From an uncultured Mycoplasma sp. (GTDB lineage Bacteria > Bacillota_I > Bacilli_A > RF39 > UBA660): a stretch of 64,000 nucleotides of DNA. The notes under the pieces are model-generated. The model was not told where the DNA came from. It saw only the letters and a list, made by a program, of their open reading frames with translations, and did no database searches. Positions 41,974 through 50,232 of this stretch are shown piece by piece (within the stretch, counting starts at the first letter, position 1; each line of letters starts with the position of its first letter). The stretch lies in the NCBI GenBank assembly GCA_946554525.1, contig CAMNSE010000003.1, positions 28,683-92,682 of the forward strand. Direction: 5' to 3'. A program made the translations under genes and the position numbers.

Positions 41974-42761
41974 TGCAAATAGAAATGGTTATTATTGCAT
42001 TTATTATCTTCTATATTTTTACGAAAAGTGGCAAAATCAGCATTTCGAAATTAATTGCAGATAATGAAATGTATTTAAGAAAATTAAAAGAAAATGATTA
42101 TGATTTTTATGTAAAAGCAAAATATGGTGATAGTATAAATCCAGATTTACTCTTTAATAAAAGAATTCAAAATGCTATTATTGTTACATCAGTTGCTTTT
42201 ATACTTATGATATCTAAGATGTCATATGTTAATGCAATTATATGTATTGTTATTGGATTTGCGTTCTTTAAATTGGATTATTTAAATTTAAAGAAGTACT
42301 ATAAAGCTCATTTACATGAAATTGATACTATGCTGCCATATTATTTAAAAGGATTAGAGATTTTAATTCAGCATTATACGGTTCCCGTAGCAATAGGTAA
42401 ATCTTTAGAGGATGCACCTGAGATTTTTAAAGATGGACTAAGACAATTAATCAATGAAATTAATGCTGGTAATGATACAATAGAACCTTATATGGAATTT
42501 GCAAGAAAGTATCCAGTAAGAGACTCTATGCGTATGATGAGACTTTTATATCGTTTAAGTTTAGGAAGACAAGAAAGAAAACAAGAGCAATTAATTGCAT
42601 TTTCTAAAACGATTTCTAGTCTACAACAAAAAGCTAGAGATACAAAATATAAAAATCGATTAGATAAAATGGAAAGTAAAACAATGAGTATGTTAATTAC
42701 AACCGGAGTAGGGGTTATGATACTTCTAGTATTCGCAGTTTTACTTATGATGCAGGTATAG
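41973..42761 (+). CDS. tadC: TadC-like platform protein
   Basis: Same TM / soluble-domain / TM architecture as TadB. Start overlaps the tadB-like stop (TAATG). Confidence 0.55.
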   Translation: MQIEMVIIAFIIFYIFTKSGKISISKLIADNEMYLRKLKENDYDFYVKAKYGDSINPDLLFNKRIQNAIIVTSVAFILMISKMSYVNAIICIVIGFAFFKLDYLNLKKYYKAHLHEIDTMLPYYLKGLEILIQHYTVPVAIGKSLEDAPEIFKDGLRQLINEINAGNDTIEPYMEFARKYPVRDSMRMMRLLYRLSLGRQERKQEQLIAFSKTISSLQQKARDTKYKNRLDKMESKTMSMLITTGVGVMILLVFAVLLMMQV

Positions 42762-42791
42762 ACATTATTTTACACATAATAATGGAAAAAC

Positions 42792-42820
42792 TTGACAATA
42801 AATAAAAGTTAAGATAAAAT
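42792..42820 (+). promoter_or_regulatory. Near-consensus sigma-A promoter of the 121-aa gene
   Basis: TTGACA, 17 nt spacer, TAAAAT. Confidence 0.6.
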
Positions 42821-42852
42821 TAATATATATAGAAGAAAGCGAGGAATTTTAT

Positions 42853-43218
42853 ATGTTAATAATGGCACCTTCAGTATGTTCGACTTTAGCTCCAATTTGG
42901 CAAATTATAGGTTGGGTACTATGGGTATTTAAAATCGTTATTCCAATAGTTATTATTATTTTTGGTATGATTGATTTAGGAAAAGCTGTAGTAGCTAGTA
43001 AAGATGATGAAATTAAAAAATCAATTAAATCTTTAGCAATGCGTGCTGTTGCCGGAATAGTAATATTCTTTATTCCAACATTAGTAGGAGCAATATTCGG
43101 TTTAGTTAGTGAATTTGCTAGTGATGAAATGCAAGAAGAATATGGAAAATGTAAAGCTTGTATTGTAAACCCAGGCAAGGATGCTTGCAAGGGTCATGTT
43201 GAAGCAGCTAATAGCTAA
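42853..43218 (+). CDS. Small two-TM protein with Cys-rich C-terminal tail (VirB2/TrbC-like topology; candidate filament subunit)
   Basis: Two long hydrophobic helices separated by a charged loop (KAVVASKDDEIKKSIK), with tail GKCKACIVNPGKDACKG. Has its own RBS (GCGAGGA), promoter and terminator. Confidence 0.6.
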   Translation: MLIMAPSVCSTLAPIWQIIGWVLWVFKIVIPIVIIIFGMIDLGKAVVASKDDEIKKSIKSLAMRAVAGIVIFFIPTLVGAIFGLVSEFASDEMQEEYGKCKACIVNPGKDACKGHVEAANS

Positions 43219-43250
43219 AAAATTCCAAAAAATTGGAATTTTTTTATTTT
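43217..43250 (+). terminator. Rho-independent terminator closing the locus
   Basis: AATTCC-loop-GGAATT followed by T7. Confidence 0.7.
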
Positions 43251-43265
43251 TGCGAATAAAATGTA

Positions 43266-43294
43266 TTGACTTTTAGTATAATAATATATATAAT
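43266..43294 (+). promoter_or_regulatory. Consensus sigma-A promoter of tRNA-Asn
   Basis: TTGACT, 17 nt spacer, TATAAT, 11 nt before the tRNA 5' end. Confidence 0.65.
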
Positions 43295-43305
43295 TTAGTA
43301 GTACT

Positions 43306-43381
43306 GCTCGTTTAGCTCAGTCGGTAGAGCGCACGGCTGTTAACCGTTAGGTCGTAGGTTCGAGTCCTACAACGAGCGCCA
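43306..43381 (+). tRNA. tRNA-Asn (anticodon GTT)
   Basis: Acceptor GCTCGTT/AACGAGC, D arm GCTC..GAGC, anticodon loop CTGTTAA, T arm GTAGG-TTCGAGT-CCTAC, encoded CCA. Confidence 0.88.
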
Positions 43382-43391
43382 TTATGAAATT

Positions 43392-43426
43392 AACAAACTT
43401 ATGGATTTTAAGTTTGTTTTTTATTT
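43392..43426 (+). terminator. Rho-independent terminator after tRNA-Asn
   Basis: AACAAACTT-loop-AAGTTTGTT followed by Ts. Confidence 0.7.
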
Positions 43427-43514
43427 TAAAAAAATTAAAAAGATAAAATTATATAATAAATATTGAGTTGTTTTATAAATTGTGTTAATATAATTATATA
43501 AGGAGGATATATTT

Positions 43515-44060
43515 ATGTGGTGGATTATTTTAGCAGTTGTAGTTGTTTTGTTACTTTGGATAGTGGGAACTTATAACTCACTTATTAGTTTTAGAAATAG
43601 AGTAAAGGACGCTTGGAGTCAAATTGATGTTCAATTAAAAAGAAGATTTGATTTAATTCCTAATTTAGTAGAGACAGTAAAAGGATATACAAAGCATGAA
43701 AGCGAAACTTTAGAAAATGTAATTAAAGCTCGTAATAGTTATGTTAGTGCTACACTTCCAGAAGATCAAATGAAAGCTGATGGTGAACTAACTCAGGCTG
43801 TAAGCAAATTATTTGCTTTAGCTGAAAGTTATCCTGATTTAAAAGCAAATGAAAACTTTAAAGAACTACAAGAAGAATTACAACAAACTGAAAATAAAAT
43901 TGCTATGTCTAGACAATTCTATAATGACATTGTAATGCAATATAATAATAAAGTTGAAATGGTACCGTCTAATATTGTAGCTGGGTTATTTAAGTTTAAA
44001 AAAGAAACATTCTTTGAAGCTCTTGAAGCTGAAAAAGAAAATGTTAAAGTTAAATTTTAA
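43515..44060 (+). CDS. lemA: LemA family protein
   Basis: N-terminal TM then YN.L......[28 protein letters not shown]..... typical LemA. Confidence 0.9.
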   Translation: MWWIILAVVVVLLLWIVGTYNSLISFRNRVKDAWSQIDVQLKRRFDLIPNLVETVKGYTKHESETLENVIKARNSYVSATLPEDQMKADGELTQAVSKLFALAESYPDLKANENFKELQEELQQTENKIAMSRQFYNDIVMQYNNKVEMVPSNIVAGLFKFKKETFFEALEAEKENVKVKF

Positions 44061-44085
44061 GACTTACTATTGTAAGTCTTTTTTA
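44059..44085 (+). terminator. Hairpin/terminator between lemA and the DUF2207 gene
   Basis: AAGACTTAC-TATT-GTAAGTCTT followed by T4. Confidence 0.55.
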
Positions 44086-44103
44086 AGAAATTAGGTGGAT
44101 GGT

Positions 44104-46008
44104 ATGAAAAAGATATTATTTGGATTATTTTTATTTCTAATAATGCCTATTTGGGTAAGCGCCGCTAATTATGATATCACAGACTTTTTAGTTAAATCTC
44201 AGATTCTAGAAAATGGAGACTTAGAAGTAAGTGAACTAATTGTATTAAAAGGAGATTTTAATGGCTATGAAAGAGATTTACAATATGCAAATAGTAATTT
44301 AAATAATGATACATTTCTAAATAATAGATTATATAATGCAAGTGATATAACTAATGTTAAAATAGCAGCTAAAAAAGTAAGTGAAGTTGATTTTAATACT
44401 TTTACTGATCAAGATTTTCAGCTATTTGAAAGAGTTCCTAGTGCAATAAACGGGTATGTTGGTAAATATGTAGAATCTAGTATATATAATGGATATAGAT
44501 ATCGTATGTATTATCCTTCTCAAGATGAGACAGTTGCCTTTAATATTACTTATACAGTAAAAGATGCGGTTGTCATGCATGAAGATGTAGCAGAATTATA
44601 TTGGACATTTATTCCTGATGGATTTGAAGATGAATTAAAGCATATTGAAATTGAAGTGTATTTACCAAATTATGATAATAGTGATAATTTTCGTTTATGG
44701 GCGCATGGTAATTTAGGCGGTGTAGTAAATAAAATAGATAATAATGGAGTAAAAGCTAAAATAAATAGTGTTTTACCAGGAGAGTCAGTTGATATTAGAT
44801 TAACATTTGACAAATCTTTAATTACAAATATAAATGTGAAGAAAAGTTACACTGTGGCAATGGATAAAATTGTAGAGGTAGAAACTAAAAGGGCTGATGT
44901 AGCAAATAATCTTAGAAACGAATTACTTAGAAAATATAATTTTGTAAAATATGGGACTATAATACTTTATATAAGCATTGTTATTATAGGTGTATTCATT
45001 TATTTTAAGTATGGCAAAAGCCCTAAGTCGGGGTATTATTCAAAATATAATAGAGAGTTTATTGATGATTACAATGTAGAGGTTATTGATTATTTAATGA
45101 AAAGGAACATAACTTCTAATGCGATGAGTGCTTCAATTATGAATCTTATTTATAAAAAGAATATTAGTGCTGAAGAAATGAGCGAAGAAAGCAAAAAGAC
45201 AAAAGATTATAAATTTACTTTAGAAAATATGGAAGGAATTAATGAATCAGAAAAAATATTAATTGAATTTCTATTTGATAAAGTAGGGAAAAAATCATTA
45301 AATGAAGAAAATAAGAAAACTTTTACAACTAAAGATTTGAAGTCTTATGCAAAAGGCACTAAAACTTGCGATAAATTTATTGCTAGTTATACAAAATGGA
45401 AAAATAATGTGCTAAATATTGCTAAAAAAGAAGAATTTTATCAGAAAAGCTTTGTTCCGTTAGTATATGGTATTATAGCTGTCATTATATCTTTTATTAT
45501 ATTTGCTTGCGGAATTAATAATGGTGTAGATTTTATTCCTACTTACTTTTTATTATTTATAGCTATAGGGTTTTTAATGTATTGTATATTTATAGATAAA
45601 AAAACAATTAAGGGGAGTCTACACTATGATAAATGGAAAGCATTTAAAAATTTCTTAAATGATTTTGGATCTTTTGAGTTGAAAGAACTTCCAGAAATCG
45701 TATTATGGGAAAGGTATTTAGTTTATGCGACTATTTTTGGGCTGGCTGATAAAGTCCAAAAGAGTATGAATGTCCATATTAAAGAAATGGATTTAGAAAA
45801 TTATGATTATTATCCATCATTTGTTTATATTAATATGGGCCATGCTATAAATACAAGTGTTAATAATGCTTTATCTAGTGCGTATACTCATCAAGCCGCA
45901 AATTATTCTAATAGTCATTCAAGTTTTTCATCAGGCGGAGGCTTTGGTGGAGGATTCTCTTCCGGAGGCGGCTTTGGTGGAGGCGGAGGCGGAGGCCGAG
46001 GCTTTTAA
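44104..46008 (+). CDS. DUF2207-family membrane protein with Gly-rich C-terminal tail
   Basis: Signal peptide, large external domain, several TMs, tail SSGGGFGGGFSSGGGFGGGGGGGRGF. Classic partner of lemA. Confidence 0.8.
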   Translation: MKKILFGLFLFLIMPIWVSAANYDITDFLVKSQILENGDLEVSELIVLKGDFNGYERDLQYANSNLNNDTFLNNRLYNASDITNVKIAAKKVSEVDFNTFTDQDFQLFERVPSAINGYVGKYVESSIYNGYRYRMYYPSQDETVAFNITYTVKDAVVMHEDVAELYWTFIPDGFEDELKHIEIEVYLPNYDNSDNFRLWAHGNLGGVVNKIDNNGVKAKINSVLPGESVDIRLTFDKSLITNINVKKSYTVAMDKIVEVETKRADVANNLRNELLRKYNFVKYGTIILYISIVIIGVFIYFKYGKSPKSGYYSKYNREFIDDYNVEVIDYLMKRNITSNAMSASIMNLIYKKNISAEEMSEESKKTKDYKFTLENMEGINESEKILIEFLFDKVGKKSLNEENKKTFTTKDLKSYAKGTKTCDKFIASYTKWKNNVLNIAKKEEFYQKSFVPLVYGIIAVIISFIIFACGINNGVDFIPTYFLLFIAIGFLMYCIFIDKKTIKGSLHYDKWKAFKNFLNDFGSFELKELPEIVLWERYLVYATIFGLADKVQKSMNVHIKEMDLENYDYYPSFVYINMGHAINTSVNNALSSAYTHQAANYSNSHSSFSSGGGFGGGFSSGGGFGGGGGGGRGF

Positions 46009-46019
46009 AAATACATATT

Positions 46020-46052
46020 AAAACATCTAACAAAAATTAGATGTTTTTTAAT
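46020..46052. terminator. Bidirectional terminator between convergent genes
   Basis: AAAACATCTA-loop-TAGATGTTTT flanked by A/T runs. Confidence 0.7.
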
Positions 46053-46987
46053 TCTGTATAAATGGCTTGATTAAATTTATGCTCACTACTTTTAATTTCT
46101 TCATCAACTAATTTTAACTGTTCAGTTGTAACTAAAAAATATTTATGATATAAATGGTTTTTACCATCACTACTAACGGGATCATCCCAAGTAAGATCTA
46201 AATGTTTCCACGTATTACCAATTTTTACAGCATTCCATACATGTCCACTTTGATTTTCAATTTCGCCAGTAGTAGATACTTTAAAATTTTCATATCCCAT
46301 TCTACTTAAGAATATTGCCATTAAATCAGTATATCCATTACATGTAGCTAAGTGATTAAATAGAGCTTCATATGCAAGGAAACTTTTGCTTGCGTTTATT
46401 TCTTCTTTTTTTCTTAAATCATAACTTGTATGATTAATAATATAATCATGAACAGCTTTGATATCCGAATTTTCCTCATCTTTTTTTGCATCTTTTAAAA
46501 TTGTTGGAAGCAATTTATCTAATTCTTCATTAATCTTTTTTATTTCTTCATCACTATACCAATATTCTACTTCTAAGTTTATTTCACCTACATCACTGAA
46601 TTTAGCTTTTATTCCTTTAGTAGAATTAAAAGGATGAACAAAGTTATTAATATGTGTTAATTCTTTGCTATCAGGGCTTGTAAAGCTATTCATATCGTCA
46701 ATACAATTTTTATATTCTTTTGGACAATAAAAGGTAAATGTTTTGGTACCACTATTTATAACTGTATAAATAATATTTAATAAGTCTTGTTTTCCGTAGG
46801 GTTTAAAATTTTTAGTATCTTCTATATAGCTAAAACTTTTTTCACGATAATAAGAATTATAATTTTCTATTTTATTTTCTCTGTATCCATTTAATATATT
46901 TACAAGACCATTTGAAATTTCATTAACGTTTAAAAGAGTCACTAATATACAAATAAAACAAATAATAGGAACAATTATTTTTTTCAA
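46037..46987 (-). CDS. Transglutaminase-like cysteine protease-fold protein, membrane anchored
   Basis: N-terminal TM. Motifs CNGYTDLMAIFL (Cys), GHVWNAV (His) and DLTWDD (Asp). Confidence 0.75.
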   Translation of the reverse strand: MKKIIVPIICFICILVTLLNVNEISNGLVNILNGYRENKIENYNSYYREKSFSYIEDTKNFKPYGKQDLLNIIYTVINSGTKTFTFYCPKEYKNCIDDMNSFTSPDSKELTHINNFVHPFNSTKGIKAKFSDVGEINLEVEYWYSDEEIKKINEELDKLLPTILKDAKKDEENSDIKAVHDYIINHTSYDLRKKEEINASKSFLAYEALFNHLATCNGYTDLMAIFLSRMGYENFKVSTTGEIENQSGHVWNAVKIGNTWKHLDLTWDDPVSSDGKNHLYHKYFLVTTEQLKLVDEEIKSSEHKFNQAIYTELKNI

Positions 46988-47044
46988 TTTGGCAACACCC
47001 CTTGCTTATGGGCTTATTATAGCAAAAAAAAATGAAAAATGCAA

Positions 47045-47308
47045 TTACTTCATATTTTTCACTTTATTTGATAATCTAGACTTTTGTCTATCAGCAGTAT
47101 TACTTTTAATTAGTCCCTTGCTAACAGCTTGATCTAAATATTTTTGTACATCTTTAAATAAAGCATTAGCTTTTTCTTTATCACCGCTTGTTATTGCTTT
47201 TTCAGTATCCTTAATTAAGTTTTTAACACGAGCTTTAAGTTCATGATTATTTTCAGTTTTCTTTGCAATAACTTTAATAGCTTTTTTAGAACTTTTAATA
47301 TTTGCCAT
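47045..47308 (-). CDS. rpsT: 30S ribosomal protein S20
   Basis: MANIKSSKKAIK... typical S20. Start placed at the internal Met rather than the ORF-track start. Confidence 0.92.
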   Translation of the reverse strand: MANIKSSKKAIKVIAKKTENNHELKARVKNLIKDTEKAITSGDKEKANALFKDVQKYLDQAVSKGLIKSNTADRQKSRLSNKVKNMK

Positions 47309-47442
47309 TTTCCGGAAACACTCCTTCCTTGCTTTTCTTATCCATTTTATCAAAGAATTGCTTATTTTTCAAGTAATTTAAGCAATAATTTGTATTAATA
47401 TGATTTTGTGCTATAATATTATATTAAAAAAGGGCGGGTTTT

Positions 47443-49365
47443 ATGAATATAGTAAGTAGGCTAAATATTAGAAAACACTTTATAAATGATGAAGAATATA
47501 AAAATTTTAGTGATACTTTATCTTTTCATATGAACGAAATTTTATCTATTTATAGCTTTTTAGGGCTTAGCGAAGAAGAATGGATAAAGATAATTGAAAG
47601 CAAAGTAAATGAAAAAACAGCAATTCTTATGAGAAATTTGATACAAGAAATTAAAAATAGTTTATCTTTATATATAAAAAATGAAATAGATTTATTAAGG
47701 CCTAGAATCATAAGTAATTTATTAATTAAAAACGTAAATGAATTTGAAAGTATGAAAGATATTTTTGCACACTTTAAAAAAGATCTTGATGCTTTTCATA
47801 TCATTATAAGCTTACCATTTTATGAATTGTTAAGAAACGAGCCAATCTTTAAAATGTTATTTAATGAACGAAATATTAGTTATCATGATTTTACAATACT
47901 TATTACTGATAAGTGTAATCTTTATTATGAATTCCTTGTATTTAATAGGGATATTTTATGGACTATACAACAAGTAGATAATATTCTAAGTCTAATAAAT
48001 AAAAAAATAACTAAACTTACTTTAAATGAAAAGATAACTATTAAATTTATTTTGGACTTTTATGATTATATTTTAAAAATAGCTGAGTATTTAAAAAAGT
48101 GTAATATTAATATGACTAAAAATGATATTATGAAAACATTATTTAATTTCTCAAGTGGTGAATTAGATAGCTTAAAGAAAGAGTTAATTTCATTTGATGA
48201 AGCTAAACCTATGCCAGATTTTTTAAGCAAGATATATAGAAAATTTGCTAATTTAAAAGATTTATATGAAAGATTTCCATTAAAAGATGGACAGAGGGAG
48301 GAACAAAGAAAAATAGAGATTGATTCAATTATTGAAGAACATTTATCTTTAGAGAGAAAGAGAAATCTTTTTGGCTATTTAAATGGTGAATTATCGAGAG
48401 AAGAGTCTAATATTTATAGTATTACTAGATTTATTAAAAGGTATTATTTAGGAGAGTCAAAAACCAAAACTGATTTTTATGAAAAATTTCCATTAAAAGA
48501 TGGTAAGAATAGTGATGATAGAAAAAAAGAGGTAGATAATCTTATTAATACTCTTCTTACAAAAGAAGATAAAGGACTTCTGGAAGATTGTATTGCACAT
48601 AGATTAACTGATAAAAAGAAGAAAAATAGAGTAAAAGGAATTATAATGCGCTTAAAGCGCCATTATTTAGGTGAAGCAAAACGTAATCCAATAAAAACTT
48701 TTTATGATAGATTTCCATTAAAAAAAGGAAATACTAATAATATGCGTAAAGAAAAAGTAGATAGTTTGATTAATGAGATATTAACTGAAGAAGAAAAGGC
48801 AATTTTAAATAGTTTTATAGCTAAAAAATTAAAAAGCGATGATGATAAAAAGAAAGCAAAAGCTATTATTGAACGATTAAAATATCATTATAAAAAGAGT
48901 GAAAATGATAAGTTATATGAAAATCCTTCATTAAAACCAGACAAAATAGAAAAGATAAGCCTCCTTATCAAAATGGCATTAGAAAATGAAGAGAGAGATG
49001 TTCTTTTAGAATATCCAAATAGTGAGGAACAAGGCATAGTTATGTATATATTTAATAAATTAAAAAAATATTCTTTTGGTAGTGGAGAAATAAAAAAAGT
49101 TATTTTATGGATTCTAAATTATTGTAATTGGCAAGTAAATGTTAGTGAAGAAAAATTTGATTTATTATTTGGTAAGTTAAAGTTAATAGAATTTAAGTAT
49201 AAACTAAGTAAAGAACATGCTAATTTTGAAGATGTTTCTTTAGAAATTTTATTAGATATATTTGGCCGTAATACTATATTTACTTTTGAATCTTTAATAA
49301 ATGAATATATCGTAATTTTAACTGATTATTTAAAACAAAAAGAAGATATACGCACTAGATGCTAG
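47443..49365 (+). CDS. Hypothetical 640-aa protein with three tandem repeats of about 72 aa
   Basis: Long ORF. Repeat unit is (F/L)Y(E/D)(K/R)FPLK.G......K.E.D.LI...L..E.........L........I..RLK.HY. Confidence 0.6.
   Translation: MNIVSRLNIRKHFINDEEYKNFSDTLSFHMNEILSIYSFLGLSEEEWIKIIESKVNEKTAILMRNLIQEIKNSLSLYIKNEIDLLRPRIISNLLIKNVNEFESMKDIFAHFKKDLDAFHIIISLPFYELLRNEPIFKMLFNERNISYHDFTILITDKCNLYYEFLVFNRDILWTIQQVDNILSLINKKITKLTLNEKITIKFILDFYDYILKIAEYLKKCNINMTKNDIMKTLFNFSSGELDSLKKELISFDEAKPMPDFLSKIYRKFANLKDLYERFPLKDGQREEQRKIEIDSIIEEHLSLERKRNLFGYLNGELSREESNIYSITRFIKRYYLGESKTKTDFYEKFPLKDGKNSDDRKKEVDNLINTLLTKEDKGLLEDCIAHRLTDKKKKNRVKGIIMRLKRHYLGEAKRNPIKTFYDRFPLKKGNTNNMRKEKVDSLINEILTEEEKAILNSFIAKKLKSDDDKKKAKAIIERLKYHYKKSENDKLYENPSLKPDKIEKISLLIKMALENEERDVLLEYPNSEEQGIVMYIFNKLKKYSFGSGEIKKVILWILNYCNWQVNVSEEKFDLLFGKLKLIEFKYKLSKEHANFEDVSLEILLDIFGRNTIFTFESLINEYIVILTDYLKQKEDIRTRC
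48260..48900 (+). repeat. Three in-frame tandem coding repeats (period about 212-227 nt)
   Basis: Recurrent TATGA(A/T)A(G/A)ATTTCCATTAAAA(G/A)A(T/A)GG at about 48266, 48478 and 48705. Confidence 0.7.
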
Positions 49366-49381
49366 TATATCTTCTTTTTTG
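49341..49381 (+). terminator. Rho-independent terminator
   Basis: AGAAGATATA...TATATCTTCT stem spanning the stop codon, followed by T6. Confidence 0.65.
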
Positions 49382-49409
49382 TTTGCCATAATATAAATGG
49401 TGTTATAAT

Positions 49410-50135
49410 ATGAAAAAAATATTTATGGATTCTTCTAAAATTTTAAAAGATAAAGGAATAAAAATAAATGAGAAAAATCATATGGGTTTTAGTGTTAATC
49501 ATTTTAAAGTAGATTATACAAGTGAAAAGTTAGTAAAGAAAGTTAAAGGGGATTACTATACAATTTTATTTGATTATGTTTCTTTAAAAAAACGTGAGAA
49601 AGCAATAAAAAAAGAAGTTATGAAAATCCTTAAAACATTAATTAAAGATAATACGCCCAAACCTCTAATTATAGGTCTTGGTAATTCTAGTATATTATGT
49701 GATTCCTTAGGTGTTCATACGACAAATAAAGTAATGGCAACAAATCATTTTACTGACTTTTTAAGTTTACCAAAAGTAGCAATATTTAATCCAGAAGTAA
49801 CTGAAAAAACAGGAATATCTTCATTTAGCTTAATTGAAATGGTAGTAAAAAAGTTAAAGCCAACAGTTATTATTATGATTGATTCATTAGCTACTAATAA
49901 TGAAGCGTATATCAATAATTGTATTGAAATAAACAATACAGGTATTATTCCTGGAAGTGCCATTAAAGATAATAAAAAAATAGATAGTAGTACTTTTAAT
50001 ATTCCTCTTATTGCTATAGGAGTTCCACTAATATATGAAAAGGGGAAAAACTTATATACAACACCTAGTGTTCATGAAATTATAAATTCTACTTCAAGTA
50101 TTATTGCTGATGCTCTAAATGATCTCTTTTTTTAA
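49410..50135 (+). CDS. gpr: GPR (germination protease, peptidase A25) family endopeptidase, short form
   Basis: IIGLGNSSILCDSLG, IIMIDSLAT, NNTGIIPGSAI, IPLIAIGVPL match GPR blocks. Sits near rpsT and spoIIP as in Bacillus. Confidence 0.7.
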   Translation: MKKIFMDSSKILKDKGIKINEKNHMGFSVNHFKVDYTSEKLVKKVKGDYYTILFDYVSLKKREKAIKKEVMKILKTLIKDNTPKPLIIGLGNSSILCDSLGVHTTNKVMATNHFTDFLSLPKVAIFNPEVTEKTGISSFSLIEMVVKKLKPTVIIMIDSLATNNEAYINNCIEINNTGIIPGSAIKDNKKIDSSTFNIPLIAIGVPLIYEKGKNLYTTPSVHEIINSTSSIIADALNDLFF

Positions 50136-50232
50136 AAAATAATTGATTAATATCAAAATATATTATATACTTATAAGTATAGCAGAGTATTTATAAGATA
50201 AATGATTTGTAAGTATGTTAAGGAGTAGAGGT

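Noticed and set aside
39965-42761. Alternative reading of the ATPase plus polytopic proteins as the sporulation spoIIIA operon (SpoIIIAA/AB)
   Set aside because: spoIIIA has eight genes (AA-AH) with small AC/AD proteins and AG/AH ring formers, and none follow here. The upstream CpaB-like gene and two T2SSF-like paralogues fit a Tad layout better. This remains to be confirmed by phylogeny.
42849-43190. 113-aa ORF on the minus strand mirroring the 121-aa two-TM gene
   Set aside because: It is an antisense shadow. The plus-strand gene has a promoter, RBS, terminator and a coherent TM pattern. The minus ORF has no RBS and would run against the operon.
29042-43381. Genomic island integrated at tRNA-Asn
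   Set aside because: No integrase, recombinase, transposase or direct repeat of the tRNA 3' end was seen. The locus lies 5' of the tRNA and its base composition matches the surroundings. Mobility is therefore unsupported by the sequence.
45890-46008. A second GC-rich patch, which I considered as another DGR-like variable region or a template repeat
   Set aside because: It simply encodes the Gly-rich tail (SSGGGFGGGFSSGGGFGGGGGGGRGF) common to DUF2207 proteins. The GC richness comes from GGC/GGA/GGT Gly codons. It shares no sequence with 13350..13451.
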